From contig NC_087245.1 of the NCBI RefSeq assembly GCF_037042905.1, positions 39,496,001 through 39,560,000 of the forward strand: a stretch of DNA of 64,000 bases, read 5' to 3'. Under the pieces are notes generated by a model, which was not told the origin of the DNA, ran no database searches, and worked only from the letters and a program-made list of their open reading frames with translations. This DNA comes from Lytechinus pictus (taxonomy: Eukaryota). Numbering within the stretch: the stretch's first letter is position 1; every line of letters begins with the position of its first letter. The translations under genes and the position numbers were made by a program. Of the stretch, positions 14,354 to 28,449 are shown in pieces.

Positions 14354-14954
14354 AGGTCAAGCCCACCGAAAAAATGGAAAAATGTTGATTTGAATAAACA
14401 GAGAAAAATCTAACAAGCATAACGCTGAAAATTTCATCAAAATCGGATGTAAAATAAGAAAGTTATGGCATTTTAAAGTTTGGCTTATTTTTCACAAAAC
14501 AGTGATATTTATGCACAACTCAGTGACATGCAAATGAGTCAGTCGATGATGTCCGTCACTCACTTTTTTCTTTTGTGTTTTTTTGTTTCAATTATACAAT
14601 ATTTCCATTTTTACAGATTTGACAATGAGGACCAACTTGACTGAACCATAATACTAAACAATGCTAATTCCACATGTTCAGGGAGGAATTAATCCTTTTT
14701 TCACTTGACACTGAGGAGTAAATTTGAATATTTCATATAATAAAATACAAAAGAAATAGTGAGTGGATGACATCATCAGTCTTCTCATTTGCATACCGAC
14801 CAAGATGTGCATATAACTGTTTTGTGAATTAAGCGAAACTTTAAAAAGTCATAACTTTCTTATTTTACATCCGATTGATGAAATTTTCAGTGTTATGCTT
14901 TTTGGATTTTCTCTTTTTATTCAATCAAGCTTTTTGTTGGGGTGGACTTGTCCT
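14354..14954. mobile_element. TTAA-flanked MITE (Kolobok-like AGG...CCT termini)
   Basis: ttaa|aggtcaagcccacc ... ggtggacttgtcct|ttaa with long subterminal inverted repeats. A partial copy lies at ~14090-14300 and a relative at ~31237-31475. Confidence 0.78.
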
Positions 14955-15564
14955 TTAATATAAAATGGGAAATGAGGGGTTTTAGAAGGAAAATGAAAAA
15001 TGCGAGCAAAACGTAGCTACAGAGATCGAGTTGAGGTTAGAAATTTTCGTATATTCATATTCAAATCCTATATTTATATTCGTCATATTCCTTATGAAAT
15101 TGCATTATGAAGGGTAATAAACAAATCTAGACATAATGCAAATATGGCCCTGAGAAGCTGGGGTGCTGGAGATGCTGATCCACTCCAGTGCAAGATTTCT
15201 CTGGGGTACAATGCTAATATATAGATTTGATGCAATAACCTTCATTCTGGTGCGAAAAAAATTGTAATTTTCTTTTTCGGATGAAAATCACACTCTAAAA
15301 ACAAATCAGTCAAAAATGATTAGTTAATAGGGTCAGCTGTGTGCAACTGTTATCGTATAAGAACAGAGTTATTTCTGACTAGATTATAATTATGTCAGAA
15401 ATGTGACTATAAAAGTGATTGTAATTACACCCAGCTGACTATACTGGTCTAGTCAATTTCACCTATTTGTTTTAAGAGTGCACATTGCGAGCAATTTTGA
15501 CTGAGGAAAATACACAATTTGTTTTGTTAATTTGTTGTGATCCCGGGGTTGTGATATCTTATCT

Positions 15565-15850
<286 letters not shown>

Positions 15851-16723
15851 TAGTTCTTCTCTTTAATTCCATCTTTCTTTGTTAGGGGGGGTGCTGTCCC
15901 CCGCGGCCCGCCTAGGGGGAGGTGTCCCCCACCCCCGCTTCCACTGCCTATATGCATTTCACTGTCTATTTCCTGATCCGGAAAACAGCAGAAAAAGCTG
16001 AAAAACAATCCCTAAAACGTACTTGAACGTTTTATCTATCCGATAATCCTGGGGAGCGTTTCATGAAAAGGACTTGTCGGACGTTTTATCCGACTAGTTC
16101 TGTTTTATCCGACAGTTACTATAGTAACAGTGCTTCTCAACCAATCAGAATCCAGGAAAGTTGTCAGATCTGACAACTTGTCGGACGAAAATATTGATGA
16201 AATGCCCCCGGGGCTCAGTCCGGCTAGTCGATATGCAAAGATTAATTGGATTTGCCCAAGTAATGCATCATGATGCCACGTTGATTCGTTGAACTGTATA
16301 AAATAGAGATTAAACTACAGCCAGAATCAGCACTCCCACGCCCAAAATAAATAAATAAATCAAATAGATAAATGAACAAATGAATAAATAAATAAATAAA
16401 TAAATAAACAAAAGACCAGAGGAGGTTTCATGAAAGGACTTGTCGGATGTTTTATCTGACAAGTCCTGTTTTACGTTCAAGTTCAAGTTGGTCTTTATAT
16501 TGGAAATTTGTTTTGTTCATAACTTCAAGTCAATAAACATCAAAATACCATTATATCAAACATAATAAAGCCATTATTAAATGCCTCAGTACTGCCTCCA
16601 AGGAGGTTTAAAATACATGTATGTAATCAATTATTTCATTACAAACAAAGCAAATTTCATTCCAGTAATACTAGTGCATTCATTCGAAAGCAACAGCCAG
16701 TGCTTATCAATGAAACTTGTCAG

Positions 16724-16992
16724 GGGTCCCGTCTTACAAAGAGTTATAACGATTGATCCGATCAATCGTAACTCTATGGAAATCCATTAATGTCATAATT
16801 TTTTCTACGAACAATTTGCACAATGTCCTTTGCCCGTCCTTTGTATGCAAAGAGAAGCAAAGTGAATTTTCAAGAAAACAATGAATGCATGACTAAGTAG
16901 CTAGAAAATATTTAGAACGAACATGCATACGTTGCTGGCCGTCCATAGTTGCGATTGATCAGATCAATTGTAACTTTTTGTAAGACAGGGCC
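16724..16992. mobile_element. Harbinger-like MITE family 2 (other copies ~36871-37122, ~52428-52570, ~56342-56601)
   Basis: TIR ccgtcttacaaagagtta ... taactttttgtaagacagg with CWG flanks. Confidence 0.8.
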
Positions 16993-17026
16993 CTGGGCAG
17001 ATCTGACAGCAAAAGACTGGTTGATG

Positions 17027-19200
17027 CAGGGGCGGATCCAGCTTCCGCCAATAGGGGGGCCCGAAATTTTTTTACCCATATTTTCCCGATCGGCCGCTCA
17101 AAGTTGATTTTTTGTTTGTTTCTTTGAAGGGGTTGTCCCAGTGGCGTAAGGAGCCAACAATTTATAGGGGGCTCGATATGGCGAATTGCGTAATATTAAT
17201 AAAAAGTCGCAAGCGAGCGAAATGAGCGAGCAAAATTTTTTGACATTTCAAAAATCCAAGTTCGTGATAGATTTTTACATAATATTTGGAAAATGATTTT
17301 ATATTTCACCCTTATCCCTTTCCTTTTCTCTTTTTTTTTCTTGGTCGTGAAATCTTTTTTTTTTTTGGGGGGGGGGGCAAAACGCCCATTTCCTAACAGT
17401 TATTTCTTAGCTTCATTCTTATAAACAACATAAATGTATAATAATCTCATAAGCCCTTTTGAATAGTGTGAGCGCGAAGTGCAAGCTAAAGAAATGTTGA
17501 TATTTCATGCATTTTGTCCTGAAAATTGAACATTCTGGGCAATGTTTGTGAACCTCAAGAAGATGCGTATATAACTAGAAAATTACTGCGAGCGCGAAGC
17601 GCGAGCAGAAATATGCATTCTGGCCTTGTCGCAAAGGGACCTGTTAAGGACGTTTTGCAGGTAGCCATTAAGATGATACATATTTCAACGAATAAATAAT
17701 GCGAGCGCAAAGCCCGAGCTGAAAATTTTGACATTCCGACCTAAAAAAAATTACGTTCTATGCACATTTTGTAATCATAAACAGTATAGGTATATATAAC
17801 CAAACAATTGATGCGAGCGCGAGAGGAAAACAATTAGATTTCAAACCTAAAAACGTCACTCTCTATTCATGTTTTATAAATCATGAAAAAGGATGCGTAT
17901 AATTTGGTATCTTCCTACATTAATAATGCGGGCGCAAAGCGCGAGCAGAAATTTTTTGATATTCTGATCTGAAACTGGATAATTTTAGCACATTATGAAT
18001 AAAGATCAAGCTGCGTATTTTAATAAACATGCGTGCGCGTGTTTAAGAGTTAGACAGATTCTGAATACATTTTATTTTTTATCATGAAAACCGATAATGC
18101 GAGCGCGTGGCGCGAGCTGAAAATACTTGATATTCCATAAGAAAAGGGTCAATTTAAGCATTATTTAAAGCACTGTGTAGGGAAATTGTGAGGTGGATGT
18201 GGATATATAGCACTCAATAAATGATGCGAGCGCGAAGCGCGAGCTGATGTTTTATTATCATTTTGACCTAGGATCGGGACATTCTAGGCCTAAGGACATT
18301 TTGTCATCATATGAAAATGATGACTTTCTTCCTATTCCTCTCCCTAAGCGCGATATGAAACTTGTCGATATCCCTTTCTGAAAAGCGGACAAGTCAGTTA
18401 CTAGGAATTCCTAATTTTTTTATTATATTAATAATAATAAGCCTAATGAGTGCGTGAAATTTGTTGACATTGAGGCCTGAAAACTGGATATTTTAAGCAC
18501 TTTGTATTCATGAATAGGATTCATGGGTTGATATATTTTTAACAAATAATGCGAGCGCAAATCGCGAGCCGATTTGTTTTTTATAAACTCATAAATGCGG
18601 GATTTTAATTAGTGTGTTATAGAATTGATATGTATGTATACATAACTCACCAATCTAAATACGAGCGCTCAACTGAAAAGGGGTATTTTGAGAATCTTAT
18701 GGAATACACAAAGATAATAGGTAGGCCTACTTGGCAAATTAAATAATGCGAGCGCACAGCGCAAGCTGCAAAATGTTGATATTCACACCTTAAAACAGAC
18801 AGAGCACTTTAAAAAATCATTTGGTAAATCAAAGAAAATAATGAAAGCTCGATCGATGTCCGAGCTGAAATATGTTTTGTATATTGACTTCAAAACTTGA
18901 TATTTAGAGCTATTTATATAAGCCTTTTGAGCAAGATATGTATCTCATTGAACAGATAATGCGAGCGCGAAGCGTGAGCGAAAATTTCAAAATATAGTGA
19001 TATGAAATATTAAAAAAAAAAATGTTTTCCAAGTTTTCCTAGACCTTATTTTATTCACTCGTCTTCCTCCTCTTATTTTTCCTTTTCTTTTTCCTCCTTT
19101 CTTTCTTCTTCTTTTTTTCTTTCTTTCTCCCTTTTTTCACTTTTTTGCTCCGCCAATAGGGGGTTCCGGGCCCCTTGGCCCCCCCCTGGATCCGCCTATA
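17027..19200 (+). mobile_element. TIR element with internal GCGAGCGCGAAGCGCGAGC-anchored subrepeats (full-length copy)
   Basis: Ends AGGGGCGGATCCAG ... CTGGATCCGCCT. Colinear with the copies at 5889 and 7750. Nested CAGTGGCGTA insert at ~17139-17390. No clear TSD. Confidence 0.82.
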
Positions 19201-20901
19201 TGGCTATGTTGATGAACCGCTCCATCCACGGTTCATCAATCCTTGCCGGGGGGGGGGGGGGGGGAGAAGACTTTTTTTAGGGAAAATCCCCTATGATGCC
19301 ATGATGACGCGACGCGCGCATCACGATCACGATTGTGCCGCGCCCAACTTACTATATGTGGGATCGGATTGTAAGATTTGCGAGCGCGAGCGAGCTCATT
19401 CGGATCGGACTTCACAATCAAAGTTCATGAGTAAAACTTGTCTCGGTGAGTTTTTTTTTATTCTTATTAAGTTAGAGGATCTATGGTATGACGTTATCGT
19501 GCAAATGTCACCTCTCTTCTTCTAGTTCTATCCTATCGTGAAAGTTAGCTCGAGTTGTTCCTATTGACATTACCTCGCGCAACTATATGTGCTGTACATA
19601 CGGGATTTAGCTCCTGTGCATTTACAACTATTAAATATCACGAAACTGTGTTTTTTTTAGTAAGCTACGCGTGTAAAGAAAGTGCGTGCACCAGTATCAT
19701 AGTAGCCTTCATGGAAAGCTAACTGTCACCAGCAGTAGTGCAGCTAGCTAGCTGCAGACAAACACGGACAAAATAAACGGCAGTGCAGTGAATGGATTGT
19801 TGAATAGTGTGGCAGAGTGATGATAGGGTAATTATAGACCAAAAGCTTCTGTCTCTGTTATATTGGTTGTTCCGCTGAACTCCGTTGTACAGCCAGGTCC
19901 AGGCCCCAGCCCCAGGGACTCTGACAAAAGTCTCACTCTCAACATGCTCAATGGCAAAAATAGACAAGTTTTAAAAACCTGATAAAACCATTTTGTAATT
20001 ATTACTAATGTACATAACCTAGGCCTAGTCGTAGTATTAAATATGAGTGCCGTAATGATATTTGGACTAATTTCTTACCCTAATTTTGCGGCCTAAATTC
20101 CCGCCTTGAAACTGGTCATATAAATCAATAATAAATATCTTCATGAGATTTCCAATCGTTCGTTGGACTGTGTAAGCTGCCATCTTCTTGGTTCTGAAAA
20201 TCATGACAGACTCCACCCACAGAAATGAAAATGCTATTTTTTCCTTTTAAGTTTATTTTTTTTCCGTTTTGGTGCATTTAAGGCCAAAATGGAATAGGCC
20301 TATTAATCTTAATTTTGGTCCAGTTCTTTTGAATTTGATATATTATGAAATAAAGACAAAAATTGAAGAGCCCCGTCAGGTATTTTTTATTGTTAACCCC
20401 CTAATGGCAGCTGCACGATCGCAAGCCGTCTATGTTTGAGAAATCAAATTTCGCAAAAGATATACATGGTCTACATATAGGTCTACTTGAGCTGTTTAAA
20501 TTTTCCCTTTGCAAAAACGCTCCAGTTAAGAAGAAGAAGAATTTGCAAGAGAAAGATGACATTAAAAGAAAAAAAAAACAGGATGCAAAAACCAAGAGCT
20601 GAGAAGTCTTGTAATATATTATTATTTGTAAAATCCAGTGCACTTGATCCACTGTGATCTGAATTTTAAATAAATTGTATGAACATTCCCATTTCCAGTT
20701 ACAACTTAATATTTAAAGAATTAAACTTTTGACTAGTTGTATGAATACTGAAATTGAAATGAAAATTCCAGTGAATCTTTAGCCTCTGTGTAGGAAATGT
20801 AGAAATAAAAGAAAAGTCAATTAAAAATCGTAATGACGGTATCATCAGCTGTGATTTCAACTTTTTTGAAATTGAAGCAAATTTGGAGTTATCTCCGACC
20901 A

Positions 20902-22472
20902 CAGTGGCGTAACAGGCTGGGGGGGGGGGCAAGCTGCCCCCCCCCTGGCGGATTTCACCGGGAAAATAAAAGAAAACGGGGGGAAAAGAAAAAAGGAGGG
21001 AGAAAGAAAGGGAAAGGGGAAAGAAAGGGGAAAAGGAAAGGAGGAAAAGGAAAGGGAAAAGTGAAAAGAAAACGAAGAAAAAACTTTTTTTTTTTAATGG
21101 AAAAGGAAGGAAAGTGGGAAAATGTACGAAAGAAGAACATTTGAGAAAGAACAAATCATTCAAAATTAGGCCTATGTAATTCAACAGCACACGGTGGGAA
21201 ATAAATCAAAAGATGTCAAAATGGCAAACAATAGCAGGAAACGAAGGTAGAATGTAATTAATCAAAAGCTAAATTGGAAAACAAAGAAAAGGGACAAGAA
21301 AAAAAAATAATAACACGACCGGGCTGCCAATCATTGAAATTAAAGAGCGGGAAGAAAGATGGACTGTATACAACATTGTTCTATAAGCTTGCTAAATTTT
21401 ATGCAAATAAGCTACCAGGGCTTTGCCCCAGACCCCACGCAGTAGGGGCTCTTCATTCAAATGGCTCTATAACGCCCCCGTTCAATCACTGGCATACAGG
21501 TGCGGGGGGGAGGGGGTGGTCTTGGTTCCACACCCAAGAAGAAATAAAAGAAATTATAGGAGACAACGGATATAATGAAATGTGTTATTTGCTGAATATA
21601 ATGGAAAAATCTATCACATAATTAGAATTAAATTTCAATAGACAATTTCTTTTTTCCAGCTCGCTTAGCACGCTGGTGACTTTTTACAAATTTTCCCCAC
21701 CTTGCCATGTTTTGCCTCCTCAAAATATTTGGTTCATTACGCAACTGGGTTGAATGAATGTGTTATGTAAAAGCTATATTCTGTATAAGCCCGCGATTTG
21801 ATTAAAATAGCGGCAATCTGCGAGGTTTTGATATCAAGAAGTTCCGGGGGCTCCGCCCCGGACCCCAACCGCACAGCACTGCGTATGGAAGGGTTGGGCC
21901 ATGGCTCCAAAAAGTTCTACACACAAGAACAAAAAAAAGGAGGAAAGAAAAGCAAAGGAAAAGTGTAGGATATGATTTTATTTACTGAATATAATGACAA
22001 TAATAGCTCAAAGTTAGATTCTCACGAAAATGTGATTTTTTTCTCGCTCGCTTCGTTCGCTCGGGACTTGTATAAAGCAGCTTTTTAGCACATGTGCTAT
22101 ACTGCCCCCCTTGTTTTTTTTATGTTTTTTTTTTACTCTTCACGCTATTGCAGCATAGAATCCTGTTCACAGTGGCGTACAGACCACAAAAAAAGGGAAT
22201 CTAAAGACAGAAGAGTGAAATATGTTATTCTCTGGATATCATGTCAAAATCTATCACAAAATTGGATTTTTGTATTAAAATGGTCAAAATCTTTGCTCGT
22301 TCGCTTTGCTTGCTCGCAACTTTTTTTTAAAGATCAATTTTGCCCGATACGCAATATCTGGCCTTCTCAAAATAGTCGCCTCAATACACCATTACGCCTG
22401 TTCATACCATAATATGACAGGGAAATTTTTGGCTCTTGCCCCCCCTGGCCACCGACCCCTGTTACACCGCTG
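20902..22472. mobile_element. hAT-like non-autonomous element
   Basis: TIR CAGTGGCGTAACAGG / CCTGTTACACCGCTG. Exact 8-bp TSD TCCGACCA at 20894-20901 and 22473-22480. Confidence 0.85.
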
Positions 22473-23636
22473 TCCGACCAATGAGTTTGCAGTAAAGCAG
22501 ACATCTGATTTTATTCTACATTTCTCAGCATACATGTATTTGTTGAACATCAGTAAATACCAAGTGGAACTTTCATTCAGTTTCATATATCATGCAAAAT
22601 GTGAATTTGATTTGAAAAAATCAGAACACATCGGATCATGCAGTATGTGCCAGGCTTAGGACAGCTTTGTGGAACGCTAATTTTGTGTGATTACCCCCCC
22701 CCCCCCGGCTTTTGACAAGTGCATGTCAACTGCGGTGCAATTTTTCTTGCAGTGTCATTATTAAATTTAATGTATTTTTAGATGTACTGACCTCATTATT
22801 AATGCAGATTTTCAGACTTTGCATGGCATGGCAGAAAACATAGCATGTGTCTAGGGTGCTTGTTGAGCTCTTGATGTGTGTAGGCCTATATTTTCTTTTA
22901 AAAACCTGTGTGATCGCTCATATTGATAGTTGATACATGTATGGCTACTTTCCAAAATTGTAGCATCATGTGATATTTCCCATGTATACCTGTCTTGTCT
23001 TTCTAACATTTGATGACACAAACAAAGTGTTTATTTTTACAGCAAAGAGCATACATTTTATTAGTTCATAAGTTCTTTAGGAAATTGCTCGAGTAGTCTA
23101 GAAGTATCTGAATGTCTTTTAGTATAAAAGCAGTGATTTAATGTCTTATATCAGTTAACATTGTGACCGAGGAATACAAGCATAACTAATAACTAATCAT
23201 ATAGTGGGCCAAGCTATCCAGTGCTTGCATGGCATTGCTCTTGCTCATGGCCATGTTAACCATTAACAATGGTCCGATATCATACATTAGAACTTCTGCT
23301 TCTGATTGACAACACCTTCATGTTAAAATAGTACTTTTTAGTGGCTGAGCATTGAGGATATAGCCTACTGTAGATGAATTCACCTTTCTTGGCGCAATTA
23401 TTACTTAAGAGGGTGGTGGTGAAATTGACATGAACGGACAGCAGAATCAGTAAACCTAGAAATGTTTCCGTAAATCTAAATACATGTAAGATGTTGAGGT
23501 TTCAGAAGTGTGGAAGGAAAATCTAAATCAACAAGTTCAAAACATTAGTCAGACCTTTTTATTTTTTCTTCTCTTTATGTATGCATGACTTGTCACATCC
23601 TTTCTTAAAGGAGAATTTAAAACCCTGGGAACATAG

Positions 23637-26600
23637 TAATGTTGTAAATCGGATCAAAAATCAGATCGAAAATCGGATCGGCAGTTAAGCTTCTAAAATC
23701 GAAATCGAATCGAAAATCGAATCGGCGATGTTTAAAAACAAAGGAATACATCAAAATGTTGTTCGCGGTCGCGCGCATCTTCCTGACAAAGTCACAAAGA
23801 CGAATGCATTGGAATGGAAGTCGCCAACATGCGCGATCGTTTGGAACATGTTTTAAAGCCAGGGGTTTTGAGGTGTTATTGCTTTAAAATAAACCGAGTG
23901 ATTTTTATTAGAAAGATAAACGAAAGACGCATCTTCCGAGCAAAGGCGCAAAGGAAAATATTTCTCATAGATCACAGGTTAATGAACGATCGGCGGGACA
24001 TCTTTTAGAAGTATTTTTAGGTGCTAGCGATTTAGAATTATTGGAATGATCTCTTACGACGCATCATCTTAAAGTCGCAAGTGCAATTAAAATGAAGTAG
24101 ACGACGCAAGCACGCACGATGATTTGAAATATGTTATTAAAATGTTTTGGGTAGCTAGCGTTTTCAAATCAATTTGAAGTTCACGGCGGGGTCCGCTATC
24201 ACCACGAGGTTGAAGAGAAGATGTCTATCATCATAAAGGGGGTAAGAGAGTAGCGCAGTGAGCTCCGTCGGTAATACGACCTTTCAAAGTTCACGGCGGC
24301 ATCCGCTATCACCACGAGATTGAAAATAAAATGTATATCATCATAAACGATGTAAGAGAGTAACGCAATAAGCTCCGTCAATAGTACAGTCTTTAAAAGT
24401 TTATGGCGGGGTCAGCTATCACCACGAGGTTGAAGAGAAGATTTATATCATTATAAACGATGTAAGAGAGTAGCGCAGTGAGCTCCATCGGTAATACGAC
24501 CTTTCAAAGTTCACGGCGGCTTCCGCTATCACCACGAGGTTGAAAATAAAAGGAATATCATCATAAATGATGTAAGAGAGTAACGCAATAAGCTCCGTCA
24601 ATAGTACAGTCTTTAAAAGTTTCTGGCGGGGTCCGCTATCACCACGAGGTTGAAGAGAAGATTTATATCATTATAAACGATGTAAGAGAGTAACGCAATG
24701 AGCTCCGTCAATAGTACGACCTTTCAAAGTTCACGGCGGCATCCGCTATCACCACGAGGTTGAAAATAAAATGTATATCATCATAAACGATGTAAGAGAG
24801 TAACGCAATAAGCTCCGTCAATAGTACAGTCTTTAAAAGTTTCTGGCGGGGTCCGCTATCACCACGAGGTTGAAGAGAAGATTTATATCATTATAAACGA
24901 TGTAAGAGAGTAGCGCAGTGAGCTCCGTCGGTAGCACGATCTTTAAAAGTTCACGGCGGGGTCCACTATCACCACGAGGTTGAAAATAAAATGTAAATCA
25001 TCATAAACGATGTAAGAGAGTAACGCAATGAGCTCCGTCAATAGTACGACCTTTCAAAGTTCACGGCGGCATCCGCTATCACCACGAGGTTGAAAATAAA
25101 ATGTATATCATCATAAACGATGTAAGAGAGTAACGCAATAAGCTCCGTCAATAGTACAGTCTTTAAAAGTTTCTGGCGGGGTCCGCTATCACCACGAGGT
25201 TGAAGAGAAGATTTATATCATTATAAACGATGTAAGAGAGTAGCGCAGTGAGCTCCATCGGTAATACGACCTTTCAAAGTTCACGGCGGCTTCCGCTATC
25301 ACCACGAGGTTGAAAATAAAAGGAATATCATCATAAATGATGTAAGAGAGTAACGCAATAAGCTCCGTCAATAGTACAGTCTTTAAAAGTTTCTGGCGGG
25401 GTCCGCTATCACCACGAGGTTGAAGAGAAGATTTATATCATTATAAAGGGGGTAAGAGAGTAGCGCAGTGAGCTCCGTCGGTAATACGACCTTTCAAAGT
25501 TCACGGCGGCTTCCGCTATCACCACGAGGTTGAAAATAAAATGAATATCATCATAAACGATGTAAGAGAGTAACGCAATAAGCTCCGTCAGTAGCACGAT
25601 CTTTAAAAGTTCACGGCGGGGTCCACTATCACCACGAGGTTGAAAATAAAATGTAAATCATCATAAACGATGTAAGAGAGTAACGCAATGAGCTCCGTCA
25701 ATAGTACGACCTTTCAAAGTTCACGGCGGCATCCGCTATCACCACGAGGTTGAAAATAAAATGTATATCATCATAAACGATGTAAGAGAGTAACGCAATA
25801 AGCTCCGTCAATAGTACAGTCTTTAAAAGTTTCTGGCGGGGTCCGCTATCACCACGAGGTTGAAGAGAAGATTTATATCATTATAAACGATGTAAGAGAG
25901 TAGCGCAGTGAGCTCCGTCGGTAATACGACCTTTCAAAGTTCACGGCGGCTTCCGCTATCACCACGAGGTTGAAAATAAAATGAATATCATCATAAACGA
26001 TGTAAGAGAGTAACGCAATAAGCTCCGTCAGTAGCACGATCTTTAAAAGTTCACGGCGGGGTCCACTATCACCACGAGGTTGAAAATAAAATGTAAATCA
26101 TCATAAACGATGTAAGAGAGTAACGCAATGAGCTCCGTCAATAGTACGACCTTTCAAAGTTCACGGCGGCATCCGCTATCACCACGAGGTTGAAAATAAA
26201 ATGTATATCATCATAAACGATGTAAGAGAGTAACGCAATAAGCTCCGTCAATAGTACAGTCTTTAAAAGTTTCTGGCGGGGTCCGCTATCACCACGAGGT
26301 TGAAGAGAAGATTTATATCATTATAAACGATGTAAGAGAGTAGCGCAGTGAGCTCCATCGGTAATACGACCTTTCAAAGTTCACGGCGGCTTCCGCTATC
26401 ACCACGAGGTTGAAAATAAAAGGAATATCATCATAAATGATGTAAGAGAGTAACGCAATAAGCTCCGTCAATAGTACAGTCTTTAAAAGTTTCTGGCGGG
26501 GTCCGCTATCACCACGAGGTTGAAGAGAAGATTTATATCATTATAAACGATGTAAGAGAGTAGCGCAGTGAGCTCCGTCGGTAATACGACCTTTCAAAGT

Positions 26601-27226
26601 TCACGGCGGCTTCCGCTATCACCACGAGGTTGAAAATAAAATGAATATCATCATAAACGATGTAAGAGAGCAACGCAATAAGCTCCGTCAATAGTACAGT
26701 CTTTAAAAGTTAATGGCGGGGTCCACTATCACCACGAGGTTGAAGAGAAGATTTATATCATTATAAAGGGGGTAAGAGAGTAGCGCAGTGAGCTCCGTCG
26801 GTAATACGACCTTTCAAAGTTCACGGCGGCATCCGCTATCACCACGAGGTTGAAAATAAAATGTATATAATCATAAACGATGTAAGAGAGTAACGCAGTG
26901 AGCTCCGTCGGTAATACGACCTTTCAAAGTTCACGGCGGCATCCGCTATCACCATGAGTTGGAAGAGAAGATATCTATCCCCTTAAACATTGCCATAGAT
27001 AATACCGCGACTTTCTCCCTGAATAATGCGACCTCTAAATAGCTGGCACCTCAAAAACAATCTTGAAATATGTTCTGAGCGATCACGCACTGTAACCAGA
27101 TCTATGCCGATTTTTTATTTTCGATTTTTTCCTTCAAGGGGCATGATCGAAGATCGGCAAGTGATTGCCGATTGTGGTGAAATCGAATGGAATCGGTTGC
27201 CGATTGCAAAATCGGTTACAAGCTTA
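23637..27226. mobile_element. hAT-like non-autonomous element carrying a satellite array
   Basis: Exact 8-bp flanking duplication GAACATAG (23629-23636 and 27227-27234). Imperfect TIR: TAATGTTGTAA at left, TTACAAGCTTA at right. AATCG-rich subterminal repeats at both ends. Confidence 0.75.
24177..26978. repeat. 110-bp tandem satellite, 25 full units plus one partial
   Basis: Unit starts recur at 24181+110n through 26931 with no indels. Two main variants (gaagagaag vs gaaaataaa). Confidence 0.97.
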
Positions 27227-28176
27227 GAACATAGCTTGTGTGACAACAGAAAAATCGAACAAATCAATGAAAGTTTGAGAAAAATTGAACCCCCCCAAAA
27301 AGGAGGGGTGAATATGATTGTTGAAATCACTCCCAGTGGCAATGCAACCAACATGTGTGTTAACAATTCCCCAATTTACTACATATTTATTTACTCAAAA
27401 GCTTGATAGCCAAAATCAAGCACATGAACCCATGATATTTTTTTGCATTTTAGGAATGTTTAGGTGCTAAAATAACTCAGTGCAAAATATGATGAAAATA
27501 CAGAGGGATATTACATGTACCTGGGGGCTCATCAGGGCGATTTTGTCCACAAAAATGCTCAGACAGCCCAGGAAACTAACAAAAGAAACACTTGATATTC
27601 CTCATTTATTGCAATGTTAAAGCTTATCAAATGTTAGAGATTCAGGCAGTAAGTTGTGAAAAGTAGCCCCAAAATGTAAAAAATCTTTTGAAAATGACAT
27701 GGATTTTATTTAACTTTAGAAAAGATTAATGTTGAACATGACTGGATGAATGAGGAGATTTTGCTTCATTTAGTTTATTACCAATTTAGAGTGTATGCTA
27801 TATATAGTGACTAGCTTCAGTTGAATAGCTCTTATTTTAGAAAAGGCACCATTATACTGTAAATGGTCTCATTTTTTCAGAACTTTTAATCTTTCATATC
27901 ATATTCTATGTGTGATTGCTAGCTTTACATGTAGTTGCAAATCATAGTATGCAAACAGCTTTTCTGTGACATGTATGTTTCATTTGCAATGATTGTTTTC
28001 CCTTGCAAGCTTTTTAGAAATGTCACCCGCTAAGACGCGATGTTGACAGCCCTACCCTGTAAAGCCAATGTTCTAAACCATTGCCCCATCCCTCTTAACT
28101 TTACCCATTGCAGTGAATAACAGCAGACACATTTAGAGTACTTGCTCTTCCGATTGGACTGACCTTGATTTGCTGG

Positions 28177-28225
28177 ATGAACAGTGGACAAAGCGCACAT
28201 AGTGCCCCGGACAATTCTCAGACTG
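28177..28225 (+). CDS. SEA-like type II membrane protein, putative first coding exon
   Basis: Branch-like cttaac and acceptor cattgcag| at 28113/28114. In-frame TGA at 28114, then ATG 28177 MNSGQSAHSAPDNSQT. Phase-1 donor G|gtaatc (alternative phase-1 donor at 28264) matches the phase-1 start of the 35008 exon. Confidence 0.55.
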
Positions 28226-28449
28226 GTAATCCCTCTCTACGTCAGATCAACGTCATGGAAGCAGGTCTGATATCCCTATTTATGCAATAGTTTTTTTAAT
28301 GTAATAATTTTTCCAGCTTTTGAAATTTTGTTTGGATGTAAACAGTTCACATCAGTAACAAAAACAGTAGTTCTGAATAGAACTTTTAGAAATCAGGGAC
28401 TCAGTTTTAAGCGGAGCGAGAGCAATTGCTCGCTACTGCTCCCCTCAAT

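Noticed and set aside
20699..21190. Phe-rich and Lys/Gly-rich ORFs
   Set aside because: Low-complexity purine tract inside the hAT-like element.
24177..26978. CRISPR-like array or ribozyme-bearing satellite
   Set aside because: No unique spacers, the units are homologous over their full length, and the context is eukaryotic. No complete hammerhead core was found on either strand. 110 bp is not a multiple of 3.
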